A stretch of DNA of 64,000 nucleotides from Pseudomonadota bacterium (GCA_918234285.1 CAKJXZ020000017.1:1-64000), one strand, 5' to 3'. Positions 9,871 to 20,307 are shown, numbered from the stretch's first letter. The notes: a model not told the origin generated them from the letters alone. A program made the numbers and translations.

Positions 9871-10991
9871 TATGATTTACCCATTGAACTGGTGATTTGG
9901 TCTTGCATGTCGAAGGTTCCGAACACTGCCCAGGCAATAATACCGGACACGAACAACATGGCAACAATGTTCATTACTTCAGCCTTCTGCTCGATTAAGT
10001 ATACGGATTCTTCAAGCCATTCGTTGGCCAGTTTATCCAATGCTTCTTCAAAGTTATCCAATTCCGAATATACTTTTAAGTCGGAGATAATCTGCTTATC
10101 CGGAAATTCTTGTTTGGCTTTGGAAAGTGCCTGACCGAGGTTGTCACCGTTTTTAATGTGGAACAGTGCTCCGTCGATACGGTCACGCAAATAACGGCTG
10201 GCATCGCGGCGTAACGAAGTTAATGCTACCGATACCGGCACACCGCCCTTAACCAATGCTGAAAGTGCCAACAACCAAGTAATACCGGTAAATATCTTAT
10301 AAAGCGACCACGGCGGAAAACGGTCGAATTTTACACGGATTTTTCCCGACCAAATACCGATGGTAAAATAAATAATCGCGCCTATTGTCGGAAAAAAAGC
10401 AAAGGCAATCGGCCAGTTTTTCTGAATCCATTCCGAAAGGTTAACCAAAGAGCGCGCCGTTCCCGTCCAAATGGTGTTCGGAGCGGCACTGAGCATCGGC
10501 GGAACCATGTATACACCGATGGCATACAAAATCAATACAGCCATCATCATTAAGAAAGACGGATAGGCGATTGCACTGACAATCGGTCTGATCATGCGGG
10601 AAGAACCTTCGGAAACTTTAATCAAGTTTAACAAAGCACTTTCCAAGTCTGATACATCGCCGACGGAAAGCATTAAACGCTCACGATCCGGCGCCCATCC
10701 CTTAAGCGCGTCGGAGAACGGGTGACCTTCTTGCAACGCACGTCCCCAAGCACTGATTGCAATAGCCATCGGCTCGTTAGGATGTGCACCGTCTTCGGAA
10801 ATGCCGTTATAAATCATGTCAAGTGAGTTCATTAACGAAAAACGGTTGCGCAATAACGCGGCCAATTTACGATAAATTTTCAATCGGCCTTTGTTTGACA
10901 TATTGCATATAAACTTGGCATACGTCAACATCCACTTATTGGTGGTTCCCATAGCTCGATTAAAGGCACTTCTTCTCTTTATCTCAGGCAT
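9870..10991 (-). CDS. pilR: Type IVb pilus inner-membrane platform protein (PilR/BfpE, GspF family)
   Basis: R.KIYRKLAALLRN, G.PFSDALKGWAP..ERLML, AIAYP plus three TM segments, PPWSLYK..TG..WL..LSAL..GG. Confidence 0.88.
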   Translation of the reverse strand: MPEIKRRSAFNRAMGTTNKWMLTYAKFICNMSNKGRLKIYRKLAALLRNRFSLMNSLDMIYNGISEDGAHPNEPMAIAISAWGRALQEGHPFSDALKGWAPDRERLMLSVGDVSDLESALLNLIKVSEGSSRMIRPIVSAIAYPSFLMMMAVLILYAIGVYMVPPMLSAAPNTIWTGTARSLVNLSEWIQKNWPIAFAFFPTIGAIIYFTIGIWSGKIRVKFDRFPPWSLYKIFTGITWLLALSALVKGGVPVSVALTSLRRDASRYLRDRIDGALFHIKNGDNLGQALSKAKQEFPDKQIISDLKVYSELDNFEEALDKLANEWLEESVYLIEQKAEVMNIVAMLFVSGIIAWAVFGTFDMQDQITSSMGKS

Positions 10992-11004
10992 TTTCCGTTA
11001 TCTC

Positions 11005-12759
11005 CTAGTAAATCGGTCGCTGATCCAACAGACCGCACCACCGTTCAACTTCATCCAAATCAATATAACCCTTAAGCATACGCTCGATAGCGGCTTCACG
11101 CAACGGGCGCCCGTTAAGTTCGCTCACCCAATAATCAATGGCATCTTTGGTTTCACCCTTAATCATCAGTTGCAAAAAGTGGGCATCAGGCAAAATAATT
11201 TCCGGTACGGACATTCTGCCGATTACACCTTTATTATCACAGAATTTGCAGCCCGGGCCGCGGACATAGGTGTTATCGACACCATATTCTCCCAGCGCCG
11301 TTTCCAAACGCTTGAAAGAAGGATCAGACATTCTCTTCTTAACCGGAACTCGGCAATAAGGGCAAATTTTACGGAATAAACGTTGCGAAATAAGTCCCTT
11401 CATAATTTCCGGGTCTTCCAACATATATGATTGTACCCCCATATCGCGTAGACGGGTAATAATTGCCGGAGCCGAGTTGGCATGCAGGGTAGACCACACG
11501 CTGTGGCCGGAAAGCGCGCCGCGGAACACGAGGGTGGCGGCGGATAATGTACGAATTTCGCCGACCATGATAACGTCAGGGTCAGAACGAAGCGCTGCCG
11601 ACAAGGCTTTGTTGAACGCATCGTCTTTTTCTTCTTCGGAACTGGCATTGGTAACCGGCATTTGTCTTGCACCCGGAATAGGATACTCCGGTGGGTCTTC
11701 CACGGTAATTACGTTAATTTCGTTGTTATGCTCCTGCAAAAGCTTAATCATATTACGTTGCAAGGTGGTAGACTTACCGGATCCGGTCGGGCCGGCGATG
11801 ATTTTCAAACCGGTTGCGCTGGCTCTTAAACGATAGAATAAATCTATTTCGCGATCGCCCAAACCAAGCGAACGTAAGTCACCGTCGCCGTTCGGATTGT
11901 CATCGGCATACAAAAGACGCATTACCAAATATTGCGAACCGAATGCCACCGGATTAAATTGTAAACGAATAGCCAGAATATTATGTGGCAAGCGCAATTT
12001 GCCGTTGGTGCCGCGCAACGGTGTGGAACCCAACTTTTGCGCGCCCTGAAACTCGTTTTGTGCATAGTTTGCGTCGGAAATATCGGCCGAAGCAAAGGCC
12101 GCACGCACAAACGCTTCACCCCATTCCTTGGAATATTCCAATTCGCGCTCCATCATACCGCTGGAACGGAAATAAACAATGGTGGAATTACCGACGATAA
12201 CATGAATATCAGAAACTTTGTGAATGGCAGCGCGACTGATAACACTCAGAAAGTCGATTTGCATCTGGTAATCTGACGTTTCCGCGGCCGAAATATTTAT
12301 CTGGCCGGTACCGCGCTCGGCAAAGGCATAAATTGCCGAAATTTCTGCCGTAGATACATAACGCGGATCGGAAATAGGAATTTTGCGCCGACGGGCGGTT
12401 GCCGTAAAGTTCAAAACCTTACCGTCAAATCGGTGCCCTTCGTCAACCAGATAAGTGCCGTCGGAAAACAGAGCCAACATACGGCGCGTTTCCGGATCAA
12501 CCACAATTTCGCCGTTTTCAATCGTCAACAGACGGTTGTCGCTGGCAAATAAATGGCGGAAAGAGGTCTGCGGATCATCGTCTCCCCTTTCTTCGACATT
12601 TACGCTATCTTCAATATCGGATACGGGTTTGGCTTCCTCTTTTTTGGGAGCATCCGCTTTCGGGGTAATCAAGGCGGCGACGTCAACAGCCGACTTATCG
12701 ACAGATGTCACTGCCGATAAGTCTTTATTTTCCTCTGCTGTTTTAACTTCATCTGCCAT
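11005..12759 (-). CDS. pilQ: Type IVb pilus assembly ATPase (PilQ/BfpD, GspE family)
   Basis: SDIH, GPTGSGKSTT, TVEDPPE, LRSDPDVIMVGEIR, GHSVWSTLHAN, CPYC...CKFC zinc motif. Confidence 0.92.
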   Translation of the reverse strand: MADEVKTAEENKDLSAVTSVDKSAVDVAALITPKADAPKKEEAKPVSDIEDSVNVEERGDDDPQTSFRHLFASDNRLLTIENGEIVVDPETRRMLALFSDGTYLVDEGHRFDGKVLNFTATARRRKIPISDPRYVSTAEISAIYAFAERGTGQINISAAETSDYQMQIDFLSVISRAAIHKVSDIHVIVGNSTIVYFRSSGMMERELEYSKEWGEAFVRAAFASADISDANYAQNEFQGAQKLGSTPLRGTNGKLRLPHNILAIRLQFNPVAFGSQYLVMRLLYADDNPNGDGDLRSLGLGDREIDLFYRLRASATGLKIIAGPTGSGKSTTLQRNMIKLLQEHNNEINVITVEDPPEYPIPGARQMPVTNASSEEEKDDAFNKALSAALRSDPDVIMVGEIRTLSAATLVFRGALSGHSVWSTLHANSAPAIITRLRDMGVQSYMLEDPEIMKGLISQRLFRKICPYCRVPVKKRMSDPSFKRLETALGEYGVDNTYVRGPGCKFCDNKGVIGRMSVPEIILPDAHFLQLMIKGETKDAIDYWVSELNGRPLREAAIERMLKGYIDLDEVERWCGLLDQRPIY

Positions 12760-12770
12760 ATGATTTAATG

Positions 12771-14627
12771 TTATCTTACAAACATTCCTCTACCGAAAGA
12801 AGGAGCTGAAACGTGCGGGCTGCTAGGTATCGAACTTCCTTGCGGAACATCTTTCTTGGCTTTATTGGCTTTCTTGGCAGAATTCTTCTTGGCCTTTTTA
12901 GGCGGAGTCTGCTTTGCTTTATCATTAGCCTTTACTTTGGTATCGGCGATTGTTTCCTCAACCGTTTCTTCTACAGCCTCTTTTTCTTCCGGCAAGGCGC
13001 TCGCTAACATTTCACTGGTGCCGCCGAAAGATGCTTCCGGTTCGTATTCAACAATGGTATTACCGGTATACAGATAACTCTTCACACCTTTGTTCTCAAA
13101 GGAAATGTAGTGATCGGTAATGGCAGTAACCACTTCACCGTTCTTCAGCGTCGAACCCTTGTGAACGATAAATACTTTACCGTCGGTATTGATAATCTTG
13201 GCAACAATGTCATCACCCTTACCGGTAATATCCATAATGGCGTATTGTTGCGACATATCTTTATCGTTCTTATTCGGCCCCTCTTCCGAATCTTCTTTGT
13301 CGGCCGGTTTCTCGGCTGCTTCTTGTAATTCTTTTACCTTCTTGCGGCTGATAGTCAATTCAAGATTCAAGTCATTGATAGTGCCTTCCAAATCTTCAAT
13401 CTTACTTTCGAATTCGGCAACGACTCTTTCATGTTCTTTTACCACCAGAACGGCATGTTCTTTAGTTTTTAAGATTGCCTCGTCAACGCTGGTAATCTTG
13501 GTTTTGAACGTTTCGATAAGGTCAACGCGCTCATCTTCAAGCTCTTTAATACGGCCCTGCAGTTTAGCGCTCTTTTCTACCCATTGTTGATTCATCATCA
13601 ACATTTCGTTCATATAGTCGTTGATAACCTTGGCCTGTCTGAGCTTTTCAAGTTCCATTTCTTTTTCTTTAAGCTTGCGTTCCTCTTCCAGAATTCTGGC
13701 TTTGCGCTCGGCTTCGGCTCTCAGACGCTCTTCTTCAAGTTGCATTTTAGCGCGTTTGGTTGCTTCAATAATAGCCAAACTCTTTTGACGCTCTTCGAGA
13801 ACCTTAGTGCGAAGTTCTTCGCGCTTTTTCTCTAATTGCAACAGGGTTGCTTCTTTTTCGATATGAGACATCTGATTGAACAGGTTATTGTCAACCTTGG
13901 AAAGAATGGCATTACCGAACTGCTCCAGAGGAGATTTCGGAGCATCAGCATCCGGTAAAATAGGTTCCAGTTCTTTGAGTTCTTCAAAACCAGCATTCAA
14001 AGATGCATCATCCAAAGACGCCTCGCTTAAAGACGCATCATCCAAAGGATTATCCGAGGCAACGGCATTTGCCGGTTGTTCCGCCGTGGTAGCAGCCGGG
14101 GCAACACCTTCGGTCGGTTCAAGAGTTGCGGCTGTGCTGACCTCAATTGCTATATCAGGGCTGTTGAGGAAGTCATCCGGTTTCTGTTCGTTGAGAAAAT
14201 CCAAACCTTCATCGCTGCTTTTTTCCGGCATCGTGGCAACTATATCGTCTTCGGTCGGAGCAAAAGGAAGCGGTTCGGCACTCGGTGCTTCGATATCAAT
14301 ATCGGCTTCCGGAGAGACTTGATCTAATGCAGCTTTAGCGTCTTGCACGTCTTTAACAACATTATCAACCGCATCGGCAGTCTTGTTAACGGCATCAACA
14401 GCTTTGTCGGCAGCATCGGCAACCTTATCGGCAGCTTGTGCAACATCGGCTGCGGCATTTTCCGCCGGTTGGATTAGTGCATCGGTCGGTACGGAAACCG
14501 TAACCGTTTTTTCAGCGCCGGCAGCGGCATTTTCTTCTGCGGCAAAACTTACATGATTCAGCGTCAGCGTAAATGCAAAAGCCAACGCGATGACAACCAC
14601 TGCTTTATTTTTCAGATTATAACTCAT
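12771..14627 (-). CDS. Expanded PilP-like periplasmic protein with long coiled coil
   Basis: Start moved to ATG 14627 (AAGGAG SD); signal peptide; acidic linker; coiled coil; C-terminal IMDITGKGDDIVAKI...G.VF.V.KG.TL.NGEVVTAI matches the T4b PilP pattern; position between pilO and pilQ. Confidence 0.65.
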   Translation of the reverse strand: MSYNLKNKAVVVIALAFAFTLTLNHVSFAAEENAAAGAEKTVTVSVPTDALIQPAENAAADVAQAADKVADAADKAVDAVNKTADAVDNVVKDVQDAKAALDQVSPEADIDIEAPSAEPLPFAPTEDDIVATMPEKSSDEGLDFLNEQKPDDFLNSPDIAIEVSTAATLEPTEGVAPAATTAEQPANAVASDNPLDDASLSEASLDDASLNAGFEELKELEPILPDADAPKSPLEQFGNAILSKVDNNLFNQMSHIEKEATLLQLEKKREELRTKVLEERQKSLAIIEATKRAKMQLEEERLRAEAERKARILEEERKLKEKEMELEKLRQAKVINDYMNEMLMMNQQWVEKSAKLQGRIKELEDERVDLIETFKTKITSVDEAILKTKEHAVLVVKEHERVVAEFESKIEDLEGTINDLNLELTISRKKVKELQEAAEKPADKEDSEEGPNKNDKDMSQQYAIMDITGKGDDIVAKIINTDGKVFIVHKGSTLKNGEVVTAITDHYISFENKGVKSYLYTGNTIVEYEPEASFGGTSEMLASALPEEKEAVEETVEETIADTKVKANDKAKQTPPKKAKKNSAKKANKAKKDVPQGSSIPSSPHVSAPSFGRGMFVR

Positions 14628-15882
14628 AAATTTCTCCTTTGTAAGTCCACTTTGCGTCATTAGAGTGGATATTGTATATTATACTTTTAATCGATAACCC
14701 TGAAAATTTCATTAACAAGTCAATCCATTCCAGCGGATCGTTATTTGAAGTAATGGTGAATTCCAACAACTGGTATTTTGTTCCTCGCGGCGAAACCCAA
14801 GAAATCGGATTGAGCGCGATTTGCGAGCGGAACTGTTGCAGGTCGAGTGCCTGGTTGATATCGTTGATGGTGTCGATTAATTCATTTTCCGTATACTCCG
14901 GCGGCGAATTGAAGGTCTTTGGCTTGTCAATCGGTGTCGTAACAATGATTGAGTTACCGTCTTTGGATAAAACACGTGACGTGAACGTAACTCCGGAAAC
15001 GTCCAATGCCTGATGAATCCAGGTTAAACGTCCGTGTTCGCGAGTCCAAGAGGTCACAATACCGGAGTTCGGAGCACAGGTAACAGGTCCCAATATCCAA
15101 CCCGGAGTCAAAACTTGTACTACTTTTTGCACACCGGTATAGCAATTACGCATTACATCAACCGGATTATTTATATCTTCCCACGGCTTCGGCTCCGGCG
15201 GCAGTTCGGCCTGTTCCGCCTGTTCAATCGGAGCAATTACCGGCGCACGCGGCGCAGAGAAGAACAAATCTTTCAATGTGGAGTAGGCAAACCAGAGAAT
15301 AATGGCAAAGCATACTACGATAACCGCCAACATGATAGTGTCGTTGCTGGCATCAATTTTATCAAGTTTAACCTGCAGACCGCGGTTCAAAAGCGGACCG
15401 AGCTCGGTTGACTTGGTATCTTCGATGGCCCATTCGGCCGGAGCATAAATCGCATCCCAATCCGGCACGGCCAACATCGAAATAAACTGATTTTTGGCAT
15501 CGCGTTCATTAATAAATAAAGTATCGCCGTCGGAGAGGATAACATCGTTTCTGTAACAAATGTACCACCAACCGGTATCAACTTTGAATACGCCCAGAAA
15601 CGATGTGACGTTTCCCAGTCCGGAAATCAAAGCAATGGCAGCAGAAGGCAGACCTTTGGTAAAGCCCTGCGAGGAAGCCGCCAGACCGAACTGAGCCGAC
15701 TTACCTTTACGCGTTACGTAGAGATCGGCGCCTTCCAAAATATTTTCGGCCGCTTCTTTGACTTCGGGTAAAGGCTTGTCTTCATTCAATAGCGGCTGCC
15801 AGAACAGACTGGCGGCATAAACCGTACCGTCGCTGCTGAACGTCGATTTCCAAGCCTTTTCTTCAGTTTGCATATCGTCCAC
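14617..15882 (-). CDS. pilO: Type IVb pilus accessory protein PilO (PilO2/BfpC-like)
   Basis: YAASLFWQPL, QFGL, SAA.AL, FLGVFKV..GWWYI....DVILSDGD, one central TM; between secretin and PilP. Confidence 0.8.
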   Translation of the reverse strand: MDDMQTEEKAWKSTFSSDGTVYAASLFWQPLLNEDKPLPEVKEAAENILEGADLYVTRKGKSAQFGLAASSQGFTKGLPSAAIALISGLGNVTSFLGVFKVDTGWWYICYRNDVILSDGDTLFINERDAKNQFISMLAVPDWDAIYAPAEWAIEDTKSTELGPLLNRGLQVKLDKIDASNDTIMLAVIVVCFAIILWFAYSTLKDLFFSAPRAPVIAPIEQAEQAELPPEPKPWEDINNPVDVMRNCYTGVQKVVQVLTPGWILGPVTCAPNSGIVTSWTREHGRLTWIHQALDVSGVTFTSRVLSKDGNSIIVTTPIDKPKTFNSPPEYTENELIDTINDINQALDLQQFRSQIALNPISWVSPRGTKYQLLEFTITSNNDPLEWIDLLMKFSGLSIKSIIYNIHSNDAKWTYKGEIYEL

Positions 15883-15903
15883 TGGTTTTCTCCCTTAAAA
15901 GTG

Positions 15904-17520
15904 TTAGTCGCTCATTCTGGATTCCGGAGACAGCGGGGTTTCCAAAACCACAGGCGTAAGCATAATCACGAAGACACCACGTGCCGTTTCGGTATCATTT
16001 TTACCGCCGAGCAACATATTATCCGGTGTCCCTGTACCTTCCTTACTCACTTGATCCCAGGTTCTTTCATAGCCGGTAAGAATCATGGTTTGGCCGGATT
16101 TTATTGCCACTTCTTGCGTAAAGCCACGGGTTTCAATCTTTGGAATTACCAATTCAGGTTGAGTATAGCTATACCTAATTTCATCATTACCGACAACCTC
16201 AGACAAAGACAGGTTGAAGAACAACATTAAACGTCCGTGGTCGAGAATCCTCGGTAATACGCTCATCATAAAACCGGTGGTATAATTTTCAACCTCGGTA
16301 CTGGAATCGTTGTTATCACTGCCGGTCGAAGTTGAGGTAGAGGTCATATTTTTATTGTAGTGACCGGTTTGTACTACCTGAATCGGTGCCGGTTTGTTAT
16401 TCACAGTAGTAACCGTACCGCTGGTAACCAACTTGGCGCTGTTATGCTTTGAAATCGCCTTAATGGCACTGTCAATATCCCAATGTTTTGAAGTAATAAG
16501 CATAGAAAGTCCATGCCCTTTAACACCACTTTCACCGCTGTTAGAAATGATTTGGGTAGAGTGTTCACCTTTGACGTTATTATATGCCAACTTGTTCAAA
16601 TCAAAACCATATTCATCATCACTGCTCAAAGTAACAGTGAACACTTTAACGCTGATGGCAACCTGTTTACCCAAACGATCGTTTGTTTCGTTGATGTATT
16701 TGGCAATACGGCGAATGTTGGACGGTGTATCTGTAATCGTTACCGTACCGTTGGCGCGGTTCACGTTGATTGCTCCGTCTGAGGTGATCATACTTTCCAG
16801 GGTTTCTTGAATTTGCGCCCACATATCCAAATCGTTTGCCTGATTTTGTTGCTTGATGCTGGCACCGCCGCTGGCACCCTCACCGGAGCTGCTGTCACCG
16901 GAAACATTAACGCTTACGTCGAGCGAAGGGTTGGTCGGCAAGCTGTAAACCACAAAAGTTTTGGTGATATAACGATAGAAATAGATTTCATTCTTTTCAT
17001 ATTTCCACCACACACCGAAACGATTGGCAACTTCATCCAACAAACCGCTGAGTGGACCTTTGTAGTTGACAAGCATTTTGCTGGAATCGGTCCATTGTGC
17101 ACCGATTGTTTCGAGCGTAGGCTCGTTTGCATCGGCGACTTCTTTGATATTATCGGTGTCTTCCAATTCCGGCGCATAGCGTACGGACAAAGAAGTAATC
17201 TTACTGATCATGGTGCCGATTTCAAAAAGAGTGATAGGGCGGTTACTGATTAAAGTAATGCCGTCTTTGGCTTCCAAATACGATGGAACTTGCTCGCCTT
17301 CAAATTCAACTCTTGAGGTGTCACCGAGCCAAATGTCGTTTTTGACTCGTACCACATCGTCCGGAATCGGAGTATCCGGAACGGCAGCCTGTTGTTTCAA
17401 GGTTGCAGCATCTTCAGATGCCTGTTCCAGTTCCGCATCAAGCTGCGGCGAGAGGGAACACGCAACGGTAATCCCCAAAAACCCGAGAACAGTTAATTTA
17501 AGCAAATTAGTCATACGCAT
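15904..17520 (-). CDS. pilN: Type IVb pilus lipoprotein secretin (PilN/BfpB)
   Basis: Start ATG 17520 (GGAGG SD); lipobox ITVAC; YKGPLSGLLDEVANRFG.WW; G.VTITDTP; QVAISVKV; TTVNNKPAPIQV; KSGQTMILTGYE. Confidence 0.92.
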   Translation of the reverse strand: MRMTNLLKLTVLGFLGITVACSLSPQLDAELEQASEDAATLKQQAAVPDTPIPDDVVRVKNDIWLGDTSRVEFEGEQVPSYLEAKDGITLISNRPITLFEIGTMISKITSLSVRYAPELEDTDNIKEVADANEPTLETIGAQWTDSSKMLVNYKGPLSGLLDEVANRFGVWWKYEKNEIYFYRYITKTFVVYSLPTNPSLDVSVNVSGDSSSGEGASGGASIKQQNQANDLDMWAQIQETLESMITSDGAINVNRANGTVTITDTPSNIRRIAKYINETNDRLGKQVAISVKVFTVTLSSDDEYGFDLNKLAYNNVKGEHSTQIISNSGESGVKGHGLSMLITSKHWDIDSAIKAISKHNSAKLVTSGTVTTVNNKPAPIQVVQTGHYNKNMTSTSTSTGSDNNDSSTEVENYTTGFMMSVLPRILDHGRLMLFFNLSLSEVVGNDEIRYSYTQPELVIPKIETRGFTQEVAIKSGQTMILTGYERTWDQVSKEGTGTPDNMLLGGKNDTETARGVFVIMLTPVVLETPLSPESRMSD

Positions 17521-18268
17521 TTTCGTCCTCCATTGTTTCAATTACCAGAACGCGGTTACCTTTGTAGAAAGTAGCAACCGGTGCCGGTTTTGCTCGGGCA
17601 AAAGCCCTTACTAACGCAGACGCCACATCGGCAAAATTGCCGCGGAACATCGCGCCGGCGTTCAGCGTATAATTACGATTTGTCTTCCAAATCAGCCGCC
17701 AACCGGCTTCTTCACTCCACTGAACTAATAAATCTTTCAAACTCTGACCTTCTTCAGCCAACCAATCACGGTTAGGGTTGTCTGCATAATCTTCTTCCGG
17801 AGCATTATCAACGACTTCATACTGCTGATTTTGTTCGGCAGTAGCCGGCACTTGCATTTGCATCGGCATGGTTTGCGGATTTCCCGAAACCTCGGCTTCG
17901 TATTCGATAACTTCGTCGTTTATGCTCGGCATAACGGTTGCAGAGATATTATTCCCGGCCCCAGCCTGTGTAATACGATGATCACGCGCCGTTCTTTCAC
18001 CATAGGCACGGAAATCTGCCTGTGTTCGGGTATAATTAACCGGGGCATTATCAGTGCATTCGCTGTATCCGGCCGCGTTTTCAACACACACTGCCGTATA
18101 TTCGCTGTTGCTGGTGCATATGCCGTCGCTGCACTGTTCGTTCGGATATCTCGGCATCGGGCGTTGGTCATCGGCGCCGACACAACCGGCTGTACCCAGA
18201 ATACAGCATACCAAGCCGGTAATCGCAAATTTATTTGTCATTGTTTTTCCTTTAATATCTTGTTTCAT
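17507..18268 (-). CDS. Lipoprotein with C-terminal TcpQ domain (PilL/BfpG-like)
   Basis: Lipobox GTAGC; W.AEEGQSLKDLL.QWS..AGW.LIW....Y......F.G.F...YKGNRVLVI is the TcpQ pattern; start may be 18241. Confidence 0.8.
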   Translation of the reverse strand: MKQDIKGKTMTNKFAITGLVCCILGTAGCVGADDQRPMPRYPNEQCSDGICTSNSEYTAVCVENAAGYSECTDNAPVNYTRTQADFRAYGERTARDHRITQAGAGNNISATVMPSINDEVIEYEAEVSGNPQTMPMQMQVPATAEQNQQYEVVDNAPEEDYADNPNRDWLAEEGQSLKDLLVQWSEEAGWRLIWKTNRNYTLNAGAMFRGNFADVASALVRAFARAKPAPVATFYKGNRVLVIETMEDENAYD

Positions 18269-18310
18269 CGTATTTTCCTATAATACAGGTTAAAACTGAA
18301 CAGCTGCGGA

Positions 18311-19966
18311 TTAAAACCACGGATTGTCGGCATGTTTTGTTGCTTCTATCCGCGCTTCATCTGTAGCGTATCGTACATTCCTAATAATAAAAGAGTTTGG
18401 TTCTCTGTCGGTAAACATGATATTGACCTTGCGTTGATCAACACCGTTATCCTCCAAAATTTTATACAGCATTTTGAGGCGTTTTTGCTGAACTTCGAAC
18501 GAAGCCGAACGATCAACCCTGATTTCCACCACAACATTATCGTTGTTAACGGCATTGTCGGCAAACGCATGCAACCATTCCAACGTTTGTCCCGAAATTT
18601 CGGCCCGATTCGGTTGGAACGACAATTTTAACTCAGTCGGTACAATATTTTCCTGACTGTCTTTCTTATCAAAAAGACGCTGAAAGATGGAACCCTGCCG
18701 ACCTTTTCCGGCAGAACCGTCTTTTTTCGATTTTGTTGCGGAATCCGCTGATTTGCCGCGGATACTGCCGCTGAACCAGGAATTAATCCGATCAAGATAA
18801 CCGTGTGCCGCTTCGTCATCACCGCCGTCAACATCGTCGATGTCATCTCCATCGTCATCGTTATCAAAATCCTTTTCGTCATCAATGCTTTGAATCGTAC
18901 CGCTATCGTTGTTGCCGTTACCGTCGGTCGACCGGTTATTTTTGTTTTGAAGTCTTTCTTCAGGCAACAATTCCGGAAGTTGATGTTTGTCGCGCAACTC
19001 CTGTTCTATTTCCAAATTTTCTTTAGAAGTGGAGAATTGCGGGGTTAAATTTTCATTATTTAAAATGTCTTCCGGTATCGGAATCAAAATATTTTGTTGC
19101 GGAGTATAGGCAACCTTGGCCTCGTCCTTGGCCTGCGCATCCGGCAGCGTAACATCTTGTTGTAGCGGCTCGCTCTTTACACCGAAAGTATTTTTGGTGA
19201 TATGCTTGTTGGCGGTTTCGGCAACTTCCCATGCATCATCCGCATTTGGCGAATATGCTTCCTCAACCGAATTGTTATCAACATCTGTGGATTGTGTGGA
19301 TAAAGTATCTTCGTTGTCTGTTGCCAAAGGCTCGGTTACGGCAGCGGTGTTATCCGTGCCCAGATTATAAATGCTGACATTTTTGGAAGCCAGAGCAATA
19401 CGTCCGCCGTCTGCCTCATCAGAAACCGAAACTACGCCGGTCTCTATTTTAAAATTATGTTTGAGCGGAATGGCAAAGTTAGGTGCGGTTGAGGCATCAG
19501 CAATTTGCAATTCGCTGTTTTCCGCCGTATCCGCAGTCTCTTCGGCTATGGTTACGTCCGGTGTAATATCTGTTGAAAAAGCTGTGGATAAGTTGTTATC
19601 ATTTGTCTGTTCGGCAAAATTTTCATCACCCTTAATCCAACCGTCGGCATTGTTTTCCGCATACAAAACCGTACCTTCGACGGCATTATCATCGGAAGGA
19701 GAAGCGGAAACCGTATTCATCGGAACGGTGTCGACGGTACCGAGCGGAGATTCCGCAGCCGATAATCTCTTATATTTTTCATATATCGGATCATTCTCCT
19801 CAGTAGCGGCGAACAGCTCAATATTCTTGGTTTCGATGACGGCTGTTTTATTTTCTTCCGTTTGCGCGCTCAAGGTCATGACGATGTATACCTTCGTGGC
19901 CATAAACACCGCTACCAGCGAAAGGAAAAAACTACCCATAAAATATTTCAAATTCAGCTTTTGCAT
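18311..19966 (-). CDS. Membrane-anchored acidic protein with degenerate C-terminal OmpA-like domain
   Basis: N-terminal TM, long D/E/T/N-rich linker, C-terminal LSFQPNRAEISGQTLEWL..FA...R.KMLYKILEDNGVDQRKVNI resembles the OmpA/MotB C-terminal fold. Confidence 0.6.
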   Translation of the reverse strand: MQKLNLKYFMGSFFLSLVAVFMATKVYIVMTLSAQTEENKTAVIETKNIELFAATEENDPIYEKYKRLSAAESPLGTVDTVPMNTVSASPSDDNAVEGTVLYAENNADGWIKGDENFAEQTNDNNLSTAFSTDITPDVTIAEETADTAENSELQIADASTAPNFAIPLKHNFKIETGVVSVSDEADGGRIALASKNVSIYNLGTDNTAAVTEPLATDNEDTLSTQSTDVDNNSVEEAYSPNADDAWEVAETANKHITKNTFGVKSEPLQQDVTLPDAQAKDEAKVAYTPQQNILIPIPEDILNNENLTPQFSTSKENLEIEQELRDKHQLPELLPEERLQNKNNRSTDGNGNNDSGTIQSIDDEKDFDNDDDGDDIDDVDGGDDEAAHGYLDRINSWFSGSIRGKSADSATKSKKDGSAGKGRQGSIFQRLFDKKDSQENIVPTELKLSFQPNRAEISGQTLEWLHAFADNAVNNDNVVVEIRVDRSASFEVQQKRLKMLYKILEDNGVDQRKVNIMFTDREPNSFIIRNVRYATDEARIEATKHADNPWF

Positions 19967-20051
19967 ATTTAAAATCCTGTAGAATCAGCAGATACGGCCG
20001 CATTCGGGCGGCAAATATCCTACTCTTTTGGTTGAAGATACACCGAATAAC

Positions 20052-20067
20052 GTTAAAATACAGTTAA
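20052..20067 (-). promoter_or_regulatory. Perfect CtrA-type box TTAA-N7-TTAAC upstream of the type IVb pilus operon
   Basis: Plus strand GTTAA-AATACAG-TTAA, i.e. minus strand TTAA-CTGTATT-TTAAC, about 85 bp upstream of the 19966 start. Confidence 0.6.
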
Positions 20068-20307
20068 TAGATGAAATAAAGTTAATAACAGCATTTTCTG
20101 AACGAAAAAAAGATTCGATTTTTCGCTCTTCAGAATCGGCAAAACAATTAAATATTTTTTTGCTGACACATACTTATTGTGTATATCACTTTTCTTTAAG
20201 CGGTCTTTTACGATTTATTTACAAATTAGGAATAATATGATGCCGTATACCCATGATACGCACGCCGTCTAAGCACGGAATCAAAGCGTTGCACCGTGAA
20301 AGTGATT

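Noticed and set aside
20240-20305. Short hairpins in the divergent intergenic region as a possible ncRNA
   Set aside because: Stems only 4-5 bp and no recognisable Rfam-like motif
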